A DNA stretch of 64,000 nt from Geosiphon pyriformis uo1 (taxonomy: Eukaryota; Fungi; Glomeromycota). The stretch's first letter is position 1. Every line of letters begins with the position of its first letter. Positions 27,881 to 40,564 of this stretch are shown piece after piece. Below the pieces are notes generated by a model. It had not been told where the DNA came from and made no database searches. It worked only from the letters and a program-made list of their open reading frames with translations. Both the position numbers and the translations under genes were made by a program. Location of the stretch: NCBI GenBank assembly GCA_016748015.1, contig JAAOMT010000762.1, positions 248,001 through 312,000 of the forward strand, read 5' to 3'.

Positions 27881-29533
27881 TGTTACCAGTAGAATTTTAG
27901 CTATTAATTAGCATGAAATTACACTTATAATTCCTATAATTAATTAGTATATTAATATCATTTCAAATTATCACTTATTATTTAATCAATTACCACATAT
28001 CACGATTCAATTAAATAATCTAATTAGTATAACAGAAAGTAGAATGATTAAATTACACAATATCCTGAACTTTGTAACATTCTAAAATTCGCCGAAATTT
28101 ACAGAAATTTGCCGAAATTTATAAGAAATTCGCCAAAATTTATAGAAATTCACCGAAATTATGAATAGTTCACCCAAATTAATCAATAGTTCAGCGAAAT
28201 AACTTGTAGTTTATTAAAATATATCTTTAGTTCGCCAAAATTTGAGCAAAGAGAAAAAATGCAAGTTTATAGACTAGTACTATAACAAGTTGTATAAAAA
28301 AAGAGCTTTTTTCTTCAAGAAAATGTATTTTACTTTAGATTTATCACTTAGAACCAGTCTTATACACACAAAAAGAAATAAATATCAAATAATTTAAAAC
28401 AATCAAATCCTTCAATTATTGCACTTGAAAAATCTCCAAAAACCAACTAATATTTTGAAATTGATTAGCTACCAATTTCAATAAAACTGTTAGTGACTCC
28501 AGGCCTGGACAGAAAACGATTCCCTTAACAGAATTCTATTTTTTTTACATTTCTTTTATTTTTCTTTTTTTTTCTTATTATAATCATTAAGATAGCCTAC
28601 AGACAAAATTCCTGTAGAAGAGTTGACTTTCACAGCAAAGTAACTACACATTTTAGTGAGCTTCCAGATGAGCAATTCCTGAAAAAGAGTTAATGTTTAT
28701 TACAACATAACTACACAAGTAACTGGCAAGGAATTGGCCATTCCACTCATAAGCCCAGCAGTTCAAATTATAGGAGATAATTTGAAAATAAGTTCAGTTA
28801 TTGGAGGTTCAACTACTTCTAGAAAATGTAAATTCACAGCAAATCAACATTAGCAACATTCAAGAAAAAAAACCAAAAATCTCCAGTAATATTTGGTGTT
28901 TTCTCATGGAAATAACACAGCAATAACAAATTCAAAGTGGTGACCACACCAAACACAACAACTCTAGAGTATTACCAGTCAATTTACACCCACTGCATAC
29001 AAAAATTTAACATCCCAGACGGAATTGAAGTTGTCAAGAAATCAGTATACTAATATATTGAAAACCACATTAACAATTATCTTCTTGAAAATTACAACAT
29101 CTCAAAAGTTAGAAGCAATCTTTACAATAATTTAGTGCACTATTCACAATTGGAAACAGAAAACCTGAACAGTGAAACACTTGCTACCTATTTTCAAGAA
29201 CTTAATTTTAACATTATTGAATATTGTGAAGAAAATTACTCAGTACAGTCTCAATACTCTATTGATTTTGAATCAAAGACAGAAACAAGCAACAAAAGCA
29301 AACAAAAAGTAAAGCAATACTTAAAAACCACTCCAAACACTCCAATACTACCAAAGACAACTGCCAAACACTTGCAAACACCTGAACAAGGAACCAGTGT
29401 CAAATTACCACTTTCTATTACACCATTTCCAATTTCACTTATTCAATCACAAACACCAAGTTCACCACTTAACTGTTTCTTTAAACCAGAAGACTTTCAA
29501 TCACTTAGGAATTCTATTCAACAGCAGAAACCA
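27881..29533 (+). mobile_element. 5' fragment of a Ty3/gypsy-like element: LTR 27881-28891, decayed PBS, gag N-terminus
   Basis: TGTTAC start resembling the U3 end of the intact LTRs, repeat array 28086-28200, TATA-like tataaaa near 28294, gtaata|tttggtgttttct at 28886-28904, and a GTG at 28937 in frame with ORF 29135-29590. Confidence 0.72.
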
Positions 29534-29534
29534 C

Positions 29535-32500
29535 TATATTTGACTTTCTTGCCAGGCTTTCTGTCAAAAGTTTTTTTAAGAATATCATAGTAGAGCCAGC
29601 AGATCAGCTTGCCATTTATTATGATTCCTTCTTTATCTGTTTTAACATTATTTAATGGCTTGCCATTGTTGGTAAAAATAGTGTAGACAAGTTTAGCAGT
29701 TTTTTTTTGTTTTTTTTGTTCATCTTCTTTATCACTTTTTTCATTATTTGATTCATTTAATTGCTCTTTTTCTTGGTTTTGTTTGGGTACTAAAGGAGTT
29801 GTTTAATGGTAACACTTAACTATAATGGGTTTCTCATTATATCTGATGGTTAGTTTACAGAGTTTATAATTAAGCAAGACTTTTGCTTTTTTAAGTCATT
29901 TATTGCCAACTATTATAGTGTATTCTTTTGCTTCAAATACTTTTATGTCAGTTTTAATGCTAATGCTATTGATTTGAACAGGAACAGCTTTGGTTATGCT
30001 CAGATCTTTTTTCTTGTCATCATGTACATTAGTCATTGGTCTTGTAAATGATTTATCAATCTTTCTGCCAATTGTTTCTAAAAAGTGTTTGGCAATGATA
30101 CTAACAGATGATTCACTGTTTAGAATCAGATCAATAAAGTAACCAGCCACTTGGGCTTTACAAATAAAAGAGATAACATTGCTGTTGTTAACAAGTCCAG
30201 CTTGGCATGAGTGTTTGTTGGTTTTTGGTGTCTTTTTTTTGGGAATCAAAGATTTGCAAAGGTTTTTTCTAAATTGGGGATGAGTTATTAACTGGCCAAA
30301 GATAATGTAAGCAAGTATTTCTATGAGATCTTTGACAACAAAATAAAGACCAGATTTTTGTACTGTTTCTGGGAGTTCCAACTTTGGAGAATTCTTAAAA
30401 ACTTTGGTCTTTAATGATTTATTATTATCAGCATTGGAAGTTAAGACTTTATTAGAATCTAGAATGAAATCAATCTTGGCTTTTTTTTTTTCTTGTTAAG
30501 TTAAGGGAATTGATAGCCAGTTTATCTATGTCATGGTCATTATCAGTTAAGTTAAAAGTGAAAAAAGAATTTTTTTCTGGTTGGCTTGTACTCTTACTCT
30601 TTGGAAGTGCACCTATCAGTTTAAAGGCTGATAAATAGTAGTTTCAACTAGGAATCTTCTCCAAAGAAATTAATGTTGATATGATTAGATCTTTGATTGA
30701 AGACATTGTTGTTAATGGTTTTGTTGTTTTAATTGTCATTGTTTCTAAAAGCTGGAGGAGGCAAAGGAGAATTGTTGCAATCCCTGGAGAAATGTTCAGT
30801 TAATTTACAATGATAACACACAGGTGGGTTATGATTTTGTTGTCTTTGATAAGAGAGTTGTTGGGGCTAATTAAAACAGAGTTCAAATCTGGGTCTTTGT
30901 GGTTGTTGATTTTCTCTGACTGTTTGGGCTAAGAGTTTTAGTAACTGGGCAAGATTAGCTGTGAGTCTATCTATTAACTGTTCATTTGGATCTTGAGTCT
31001 GAGCAGCAAAAGAGATAGCAGCTATTTAAAGAGCAGAAGCCATAACAAGAGCAGGAACAAAAACTGGAAGGATGGATCCCAGATGCATCTTTTAGTTATT
31101 TTCTATTTTTTGGGCAAGTTCAATAGCCATATCCATTGTGGAATTATCTTTCAAGACCAAGAGAAGCCAAAGAGCATATGAGAGATCAGTTCTTAATTTT
31201 TTTGTAAAGGAATGAATCTTTTGCTCTTCTGTCTAGTTCCTTCTACAGTCTACTTGCTTGATTAATTTTTTGATTGTTTTGGCATACTTAATTACAACTT
31301 TACCAGAACCTTGGATTTTTTTTTCCAATTTCATGCACCATTTGGATATCAAAATTGGGGTTCTGAACTTATTTTCAAACTGAATAGTGAAAAAAGTATT
31401 GTTTTCTCCAACATTTGCAGGTGTTCATCTAATAATTCTTTGATGGATATTGGCATCTGTTTCTTGTGAGACCCAGATAGCAGGAGAGCCTTAGAGATAG
31501 CCACCAACAATTTGGAACTTGTATTCATCATCATATTGGTTGGCTGTAGCAGTTCTTTTAAAGTCATCCAACCATTTAATTGAATCTTGTACATTACCTT
31601 TGAATAGTAGTAGTAGGGTATTGTTTCTTCTTCTTAAAACAATTTGTATGCCTTGAAAGGCAATCAGAATGTTTTGTTGCATAGAGTTATTAGCTATTGG
31701 TTTAGAAGTAACTGTTTGTGTAAAATGTTCTAATTTACTTAAGAAGAGATCAAAAACAAAGACAGTTTAATAGCTTTCTTCTTTGGTTTTAAAAAGTGTT
31801 TCAGCCAACTGGTGGACAGCAATCCAGATGTGAATTTGGTAATTCAGATATTCAAAATCAAGAAGCTGTTGTTCAAAGGTTGTGGAATATAAAAGCTAAT
31901 TAATGCTGTTGTTTTTTTTTTTAAAGTTGTCTTCAAGATAAGCTTGGTCAAAGTAATAAGTTATATAAGCTGTGTAGATTTCAGCTAAATGCTTATTTAG
32001 AAACCAGTTTCAAAAGTCCTGGAATTGTTTACTGGATTGTTCTTCAATGGGAAAGCAAATCAAGCAGGAGAGCAAAAAATTGAATTCAATAAAGTTTAGA
32101 TTGTTTTTGTTATGTGCTTCAAAGTGTTTTTCTGATTGTTGTGACAGATATGAATAATTATCCATACAATAGAAAACAAAGTGGATTTTGACAACCTCAC
32201 AAGGAGCACTACTTTTATGTTATGGGTTGGAATAACAAAATTGTAGAGTAATAAAAAGAATCAAAAAAAATTTAATTTTAAAGAGCAAATTGAATGAGTA
32301 TGGATTCAATATATAAAATCAGTTTTATAAAATATTTCAGTCACTATACTTTTCAAAAATAACCAAAAAATCTAAAGGTAGAGAGATAATCTATACTGTC
32401 AACAAATAATCACACACTGATATAATTCTATGTCTTATGTTAGTGCTCTTAGAATTCAATATCAGATATTAGATGTACTCTTCAGTCACATTTTATTCAA

Positions 32501-32839
32501 TAATCTTTAAATGCTACAATTACATGTTTCACAAAAAGAGTAAAGAATAACCAACAAGTAATTTTTTATCTCAAGATGTTCAGATACTTAAAGATAGGGA
32601 AAAAAAATTTAGCAATAAGAGAATGGTTAAGATAAAAGTTGTTATTTTATTTCTTTTTATTCTTACATAATTTTCTATAGCTAAAAGATTCATTGCTTAT
32701 ATAGCTATTAAAAAGTGGTCAGTAATTAGATCAATGATTAAGTCAATAATTACTATATAAAAATAGAGTGGTTAATTATATGACATTAGTGGCTAATACA
32801 TATAATAATTAATAAGAAGTATAAGTTTCAACTATAACA
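29535..32839 (-). mobile_element. 5' fragment of a second Ty3/gypsy family: LTR 32218-32839, PBS, gag and protease
   Basis: LTR termini TGTTAT...ATAACA, PBS cctcacaaggagcacta at 32195-32211, ATG near 32165, gag (WLDDFKRTATANQY), zinc knuckle CYHCKLTEHFSRDC near 30780-30820 and protease IDLILNSESSVSII (decayed LDSG). Confidence 0.85.
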
Positions 32840-32963
32840 ATATATTATAAATTAGATTGCATTTCTATATTTTAATTGACTAATAAATTATGTACTATTT
32901 AAAATTATAAAATTATAATATTTTTATATTCTAATTGATTAATAAAAATTCAAAATTATCTGC

Positions 32964-33854
32964 TGTTACAAGTGATTATTTCTGCTGTTGAATTAAATAA
33001 TAAACCCATAACTTGGTGCTCAAAAGCTACTTCCATGGATGAGGTTCTGCAAGTGTGGTATCTGAAGGTTTTGATGGAGTCCTTTGTATAATGGACAGAG
33101 ATTCAATAGTGTCAATAGTAGATGTATCTTTCCAAGAGTTTTCCCCAATTTTTTTCTCAATATGATAGCTAGATTTAGTCTGGCAATTGTGCCTTTTTGG
33201 TAAACTATCTGATAATATATAAAATACTATCCTTATTTCTGGGTCTTTTACCAGGCTATCCTTGATGTCAATAACTCAGTGCTTAATTTTTTAATCAATT
33301 AGTATACAACAACAAAATCAAAAAAGAAATAAAATAAAATAAAGAAAATAAAAATAAAGAAAAATAGAGAAAATAAGCCAAGACAAATTTAGTACATTAG
33401 TATCTCATCAATAGCCATGATTAAGAGCTATTGTTCCAGTATAGTTAAGTATCAATTACTATCAACATGAAGTGTTGATAGTAGAAAGTGAGTTGAGATA
33501 TGGAATAATTATTTATTTGATGATTGGGAACTAGAATGTTGCTTAGATTAAATCTAAACTAAGTGGTCTGTTTTTTCAGCTTCTAATTCTACTGCTATAT
33601 ATACATAATTGAGATTCCTCAATTTCTCAATTCCTCAATTTTTTATGACAGAAATCCTGGAATTCCTGGAATCCTGCGATTCCTTTGAGAGGAATCCTGG
33701 AATTCTGGAATCCTGTGATTTCTTGTTGGGGAATTCTGAAATTTCTGGAATCCTGCAATTTCTGAGAGGAATCCTGGAATTCCACATTTACTATGCCTAC
33801 TTCTGATTGGCTACTAATCATGCTAATATATTTCCTATATTTCTATGAGTAACA
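32964..33854 (-). repeat. 3' LTR of outer gypsy element
   Basis: TGTTAC...GTAACA termini, adjacent to the PPT, colinear with 52461-53342. Confidence 0.95.
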
Positions 33855-33867
33855 TTATTTCCTCCTT

Positions 33868-34497
33868 TTAATATTGAGCTCTGTCAAAATCCAACTCATT
33901 TAATTCCCCCTCTTGAAGTATTTTCTGGATTTCATTTTCGAGAATTACTTGTGTTATTTGGGTCTGTAATTCTCCAAATTGAGCATTGGTGATCTTTCCC
34001 AACTGATTACTGGTAACCATATCTATTGTTTTGTTGAGTAATATTTCTGGTCTATTCTGAAATGCTGTGTGTATTTGGTATATAGCTTGGACCTGTGTGG
34101 ATAAGTTGTTCTTTCCCACAAAATGTTCTAATTGTTGTAGTATTTTTTTGTTGAATAATCACTTTGTTTTATCCGTATATAGATTCTGGATATTTACGTG
34201 TTGTCCCAAGTAAAAATAACAATAGTTTCATGAAAATTGTTGTATTCACCAATTCCAAGTTTCTTTAGTCAACTCTTGATATAGTGATTCTTTTGTCAGC
34301 TCTTCTATTGCTAATTTTACTTTCACAATGATTTTGTCCACAGTATTTTCAGTTTTCTTCTGTGTTCTGAGTTGTAATGTCTTTCTAGTATTTTGATATC
34401 AAATGGTTTGTTGATTGATTGTAATCTCCATTTCCTGGTGTTGGATTAATTGAAAGAGTTGTTGTGCTAGTGAGTGAATGTTGTCTGTAATTTCCAT
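33868..34497 (-). pseudogene. Outer element ORF3 (630 nt, unknown function)
   Basis: ATG at 34497 (MEITDNIHSLAQQLFQLIQHQE...) to ELDFDRAQY*. Internal stops are TGA at positions explicable as CGA or TGG decay. Confidence 0.8.
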
Positions 34498-34551
34498 TTT
34501 TCTGATATTTCCTGTTACATTTACCGTGTCTTTATATATTCTTTTGCTAAA

Positions 34552-35927
34552 TCAATTTAACGTGTTATTGTCGATAATAATGATTGGTTCCAGATCTCGT
34601 GGAATCTTATCTGGTTGGACTAGTATTCTCTGTACTCCTAATTGTAGAATATTACTGGTAGATGGTAGTGTAATGTTGTGATATGGTTTCAGTTAATCTC
34701 TATGTGCTGCTTTGGTTAAAATTTTGTTATCCAGTCTTAATTTGTAAGCTCTATTTTCTAGAATTTCTTCTATGTGAAATGGTCCGTCTCATTTGGGGTC
34801 AAATTTTCCACTCCATTGTTTTTCCACTTTGGTATGATGTAGTAGTACTTTGTCTCCAATCCTGAATTCAACTGGTTTATCTGGTAGTTGGTTATTATGT
34901 CTTTCTTTTTGTTTCTCTTGTGACTTTTGTATGTTATCAGCTGCTCTTCGTCATTTGTTTTCTAATGTTTCCATTAAGTCATATGTTCTTTTCAACAATG
35001 TATTTTTGAAATTCTCTTCTGTTATTGATTCGATTGGGTATGTGCTGACTTCTATTTTCACTGGTAGTGTTGCTGTTCTACTATATACTAATTCAAATGG
35101 TGTTGCTTGTGTAGTATCTTGTTTCATTGTCTGATAAGCAAATAGTACTGATGGTATGAACAAATCCCATTCATCCTGGTTTTCTTGGCTGAGTTTGGCA
35201 ATTGCTTCACACAATGTTCTGTTGAATCTTTTGACTAATTTGTTGGTTTGTGGATGGTATGGTGATGATAGTGATCTCTTAATTCCGAATCTTTGGCTCA
35301 ATTTTGTTAATGTTTTGTTCACAAAATGAGTTCCTTGGTCTAATAATAATTCTTTTGAACATCCATGTCGACAGATTAAATCCTAATGAACAAATTTGGC
35401 AATGCATCTGCTCTTTGAATTGCTTTCATTTTTGGCCATTTAGTGAGATAGTCCATGGCTATTGCTATGTACCTGTTTCCTCCGCTGGTGATTGTTAATG
35501 ATCCAACTAGATCAATTTCAACACGATTGAATGGTTGTCCTACTTTGATTAGTCTTAACGGTTCACTGGGTTTCGTACCTTCTCTTCACTAACAAGCATT
35601 ACAATTTTGAACATATTGAATGATGTCTGGATACATTGATGGCCAATAGTATCTTTTTCTGGTTCTTTCTATGGTTGCTTCTTTGTGAAAATGTCCTGCT
35701 GTTGGATTTAAGTACATGTTGAATAATATTGTCTCTTTTTCTGGTTCTGTAACTACTCTGATTGGCTGATCTGGATTTTTTCTATTTTTCTGATAAAGTA
35801 TATTTTGGTGAGTGATAAAATATTTTGATTGTTGTTTGATACTCTTTCGTTTCATTTGAGATAAATTCTCCTTGAACTATTGAGTGTTTATATAATGTTG
35901 CAGTTGTTGATATTTTTGTATGTTCAT
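34552..35927 (-). pseudogene. Outer element integrase ORF (7-bp deletion near 35402)
   Basis: ATG at 35927 (MNIQKY). 1376 nt plus the 7-nt deletion equals 1383 nt, as in the inner copy. Confidence 0.88.
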
Positions 35928-35989
35928 CTTTTGTTACATTTTTTGTTGGTATTGTTCTGGTTTTGTTATATTTTTGTGTTAAAATATTC

Positions 35990-38900
35990 TTAGATTTGTT
36001 TCATTCATGACAAACCATCAGCATTTCTATTGTCTTTTCTTTTTTTGTAATGTATAGTATAATTGTATGATGCGAGTGCTATTTTCTATCTTGACTGTTT
36101 TTCATTTTCAAATTCTTGTTTTTGAAGTAATGTTAATCCCTTGTGATCTGTGTATACTTCAAATTTCTGGCTCAAGTATTTTTTCCATTTCATGACTGCT
36201 CAGTATATTGCTAAGTGTTCTTGTTCTGGTGTTCCATAGTTCTTTTTGGCTGGTGTTAAACCTCTGCTGGCATATGCTACTGGATGTTTTCTGCTGTCTG
36301 GTCCTTTCTGAAATAATACTGCTCCCAATGCTTGGCTGGATGCATCAGTGGTAATGATGAATAGTTTGCTGTAATCTGGATAAATCAGTACAGGAGCTTG
36401 AATGAGCTTTTTTTTCAAAATGTTAAAAGCTTTTTGTTGACTTTCTGTCCATTCATATTTGGTATTCTTGGTTTGCAGTTGGTTGAATGGCTGCACTATC
36501 TTGAAAAAGTTCTTGATAAAATGTCGATAGTAGCTGGCAAATCCCAAGAATGATTTCAGTTCTATTATATTGGTCAACACTGAAAAGTTCTTTACTATCT
36601 TTATTTTCTCTGAATCTGTTTTGATGCCATCTTTGCTGACTATGTGTCCCAAGAATTTTAGCTCTGTCTTGCCAAAGAAGCATTTTGTTGCATTTAACTT
36701 TAGCCCTGTTCTTCTTAGTCTTTTGAACACTTGTTGAAGATGATAAAGATGATCATCAAATGTTTTTGAGAATACGTTGGTATCATCCAAGTATACAACT
36801 ACTGATTTCCACAATAAGCCAGTATAGACAATTTCCATTAGCTGTTGGAAAGTGGCTGGTGCGTTGGTTAAACCAAATGGCATTACTTCAAATTCAAAAT
36901 TCCCTTCTCTCATGGTAAATGCCATCTTCTCTTTGTCGGCTGGATCCATGACTACTTGCCAGTAACCACTATCTAAGTCTAACATTGAGAACCATTTGTT
37001 TCTGCCAAAAGCATCAAATAATTCCTGTATCTGTGGAGTTGGATAGCTGTCTCCATGAGTTACACTATTGAGTTTTTTGTAGTCCACACAAAATCGGATC
37101 TTTCCATTTTTCTTATAGACAAGTACCACTGGTGATGACCATGGGCTCATTGATGGTTGAATTAGCCTATTGTCAAGTATTTGGTTTATCTCTTGACAAA
37201 TAATCTCGTGGCTGACTGGTGGCACTCTGTATGCTCTTTGTTTAATTGGCATTGCATCTCCAGTCTTGATCTGATGCTAGATGATATTAGTTCGGCCAAA
37301 CTCATTTTCACTAGCAAAGATGTCATTGAACTGGTTGAGCAACATCTTGAGTTGCATACATTGGAGTGAATCTAAGTTTCCCATGTTCATTTGTTCCAAT
37401 TGTTCTGGTTGGAGCAAATAATATTTACTTCGTCCGTATATTGTTTGTGATGTGATATTGACATATCCACAAAGTTGTGAAAAGTCTGGAATAGGGTTTG
37501 GTGGTTGATCTTCTATTTTAGTGTTTAAGTATCCAATAATAGTTCCGGCTAGTATTTTTATGACATTTCCTGTATTGTTGTAGATGGGAATTTTGATGTG
37601 GCTGTAATTTTTGGCTGGTATGTGGAGATTGATGAGTCCAATTTCTTCTGATTTACAAAGACTGGCTTCTGCTTCAAAAATTTGTGCTTGGTCTTTTTTC
37701 TTCTTTTCTATTGCTAGCATGTACTGATTATATGGTAAAATAGAAATAGCTTGACCAGTTGAGATAATTTCTTCTTGGCCAACAATTTCTTCCTCCACCA
37801 TATTAACTATTACATCTATTCTACTCATTGATCCGAATCTTTGTATTCCTTTTGCTGTTATTCCTAATTCCCCCCTCTTTCCTACTGATATTAACTGAGC
37901 TACTCTAACCAGAGGCAGAAATATTGCCTGTGCTATCTTTTCGTTGGGCTCTATTATATAGGCTTTTTCTGAGTCATTTTGTAGCATAGTGATGATATTT
38001 CCTACATATCTCATGTCAATTATTCCTCCTTTTATATTAATCTCTCTTTTCGCTAAACTACTCCTAGATGCTAATTGAACTATTGTTGTTGCTAAAATTT
38101 CTAGTGCTATTTTCAGATCAATGCAGGTGTGTGAATGTGGTTCCAATTTGATGGCCTCTTTTTCTGAATATCTTAAATTAAACCCTGCATCAGTATCATG
38201 TACACATTCTGGCATAATACCTTCCCCATTGTCACTATATCATTTCAACTCTTGTTTCTTGAAGAGATCTGGTAGTGCAATGTATTGTTCATAGTTTAAA
38301 TCAGAGTTTGAATCTGAGTTTGAATTGTCTTTGTTGTCATTGCCATTTTAAATGGAGCTAGAACTGGTGTTTTTGTCATCGTTGTTGGAGTTTAGATCAC
38401 GATTGATCAGCGATTCTGATTCCAATGCACAGCTGCTAATTGGTTCTTCTTCTTCAGAGATTGTGTAGATTATGCATGATGGTAGATTATAAATGAGGTC
38501 ACAATCATCATAATATTCAAAGTCACTGGGAATTAAACAATGGCAACACAGTCTTGTATTTAACTGTGTTAGTCATTGTTTTTGCTCTTCTCTAGTAGGT
38601 GCCAAGTTTTGGTAGTGTTCATGGAACTCTTCTGGTTCCAGAAAATTTATAACTGGCTCTGCGTTTCAGTCAAGCTTGATGGGTTCTGGTGGGTTGTTTT
38701 TAATTGTCCTGATTTCTTCTGGCAATGCGTCTTCAATTTTGGTGCTTGCCATCTGCCATAATTCATCATTGTTGTGTAGACAACTGTCCAATCACTGTAC
38801 AGCTCTTCTCCAGACGGCTTCTATGGGTGTTTCTTTCTTGATCCAGTCACTGATAAGGATTGTGTATTGGCAGAACATGTCGCACATTCCTCCTCTCTCT

Positions 38901-39017
38901 GGAATGTCGTTCCACATTTCTTTGTCAAAGAGAGTTTCTCCACAGGCTATACATGGTGTATTATCCCATTTTCTCACTTGTTTTGGTCTTCCAAAACGTT
39001 TGACACGGCATGCATGG
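35990..39017 (-). pseudogene. Outer element ORF1, 3' part (Cys-rich region, dUTPase, RT, RNase H)
   Basis: ORFs 37277-38215 (dUTPase) and 36200-37252 (RT/RNase H). Ends NADGLS*MKQI* with TAA at 35990-35992. Confidence 0.9.
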
Positions 39018-39867
39018 TGTTACAGGGGATTATTTCTGCTGTTGAAGTAAATAATAACCCATAACTTGGTGTTTGTGAAACTACTTCTGTTGATGAGGTT
39101 CTGCAAGCGTTGTATCTGAAAGTTTTGATGGAGTTCTTTGTATAATAGACAGAGATTCAATAGTTGTTTTATCCATAGCTTCCCAGACTCACAAGTCTGT
39201 CAATTCTTTTCTTGGCTTGGTGGCCGGCAATCTTCTGGTAAGTAATTCGTATTTTCTGTATGTGTCCTACCCTCTTGCAGGGGTCTTTTACCAGGCAATC
39301 TTTAATGTCAATAATCAGTGCTTTTCAATTAATGGGTTAGTGCACAATAATAAATCAAAATAAAATAAAAAAAAATAAGAGAAAAATAAAGAAAGAAAAA
39401 AAATAAGCCAAGGCAATTTGCAGATTAGTATTCTATCAATAGTCATGATTAAAAGCTATTGTTCCAGTGTGATTAAGTATCACTTATTATCAACATGAAG
39501 TGTTGATAGTGGAGAGTGGATTGAGATATGGAATGATTATTTATTTGATGATTTTTGTTTCTAGGCTAAGGATTCTGTGGTATCAATTCTGTTTTTTCTG
39601 TTTCTAACACTACCACTATATATACATAATTAAGATTCCTCAATTCCTCGATTTTTCATGACAGGAATCCTGGAATTTCTGGAATTCTGTGATTCTTTTG
39701 AGAGGAATTCTGGAATTCTGGAATCCTGTAATTCCTTGTTGGGGAATCCTGAAATTCCTAGAATCTTGCAATTCCTGAAAGGAATCCTGGAATTCCACAT
39801 TTACTACACTTACTTCTGATTGGCTAATAATTATGCTAATATATTTCCTATATTTCTATAAGTAACA
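39018..39867 (-). repeat. 3' LTR of inner gypsy element
   Basis: TGTTAC...GTAACA termini, adjacent to the PPT, same length as 48372-49221. Confidence 0.95.
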
Positions 39868-39880
39868 TTATTCCCTCCTT

Positions 39881-40510
39881 TTAATATTGAGCTCCATCGA
39901 AATCCAACTCATGTAATTCCCCCTCTTGAAGTATTTCCTGGATTTTGTTTTCGAGAATTACTTGTGTTATTTGGGTCTGTACTTCTTCAAATTGAGCATT
40001 GGTAATTTTTCTCAATTGATTACTGGTGACCATATCCATTGCTTTGTTGAGCAATATTTCTGGTTTATCCTGAAATGCTGTGTGTATTCGGTATATGGCT
40101 CGGGCTTGTGTGGATAAGTTGTTTTTTCTCACAAAATGTTCTAATTGTTGTAGTATTCTTTTGTCAAATAATCGCTTTGTTTTATTCGTATATAGATTCT
40201 GGATATTTATGTGTTGTCCCAAGTAAAAATAACAATAGTTTCTTGGAAATTGTTGTATCCACCAATTCCAAGTTTCTTTAGTCAACTCTTGATATAGTGA
40301 CTCTTTTGTCAATTCTTTTATTGCTAATTTTACTTTTACCATGATTTTGTTCACCATATTTTCAGTTTTTTTTGGTGTTCTGAATTGTAATGTCTTTTTA
40401 GTATCTTGATATCAAATGGTTTGTTGGTAAATTGTAATCTTCATTTCCTGGTGTTGGATTAATTAAAAGAGTTGTTGTGCTAGTGTGTGAATGTTGTCTG
40501 TAATTTCCAT
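39881..40510 (-). pseudogene. Inner element ORF3, unknown 209-aa protein ending at the PPT
   Basis: ATG at 40510 (MEITDNIH...) to TAA at 39881 is 630 nt, the same length as and colinear with the outer-element ORF3. Confidence 0.8.
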
Positions 40511-40564
40511 TTTTCTGATATTTCCTGTCATGTCTATCATGTCTTTATATATTCTTTTGATTGA

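Noticed and set aside
33612-33785. Repeat arrays as CRISPR or satellite, and ORFs 33609-33806 and 33627-33821
   Set aside because: No unique spacers, and they sit at a fixed position in each LTR. The ORFs are by-products of stop-poor repeats.
33868-34497. ORF3 as a retroviral-type envelope gene
   Set aside because: No signal peptide, TM helix or furin/fusion motif, and too short.
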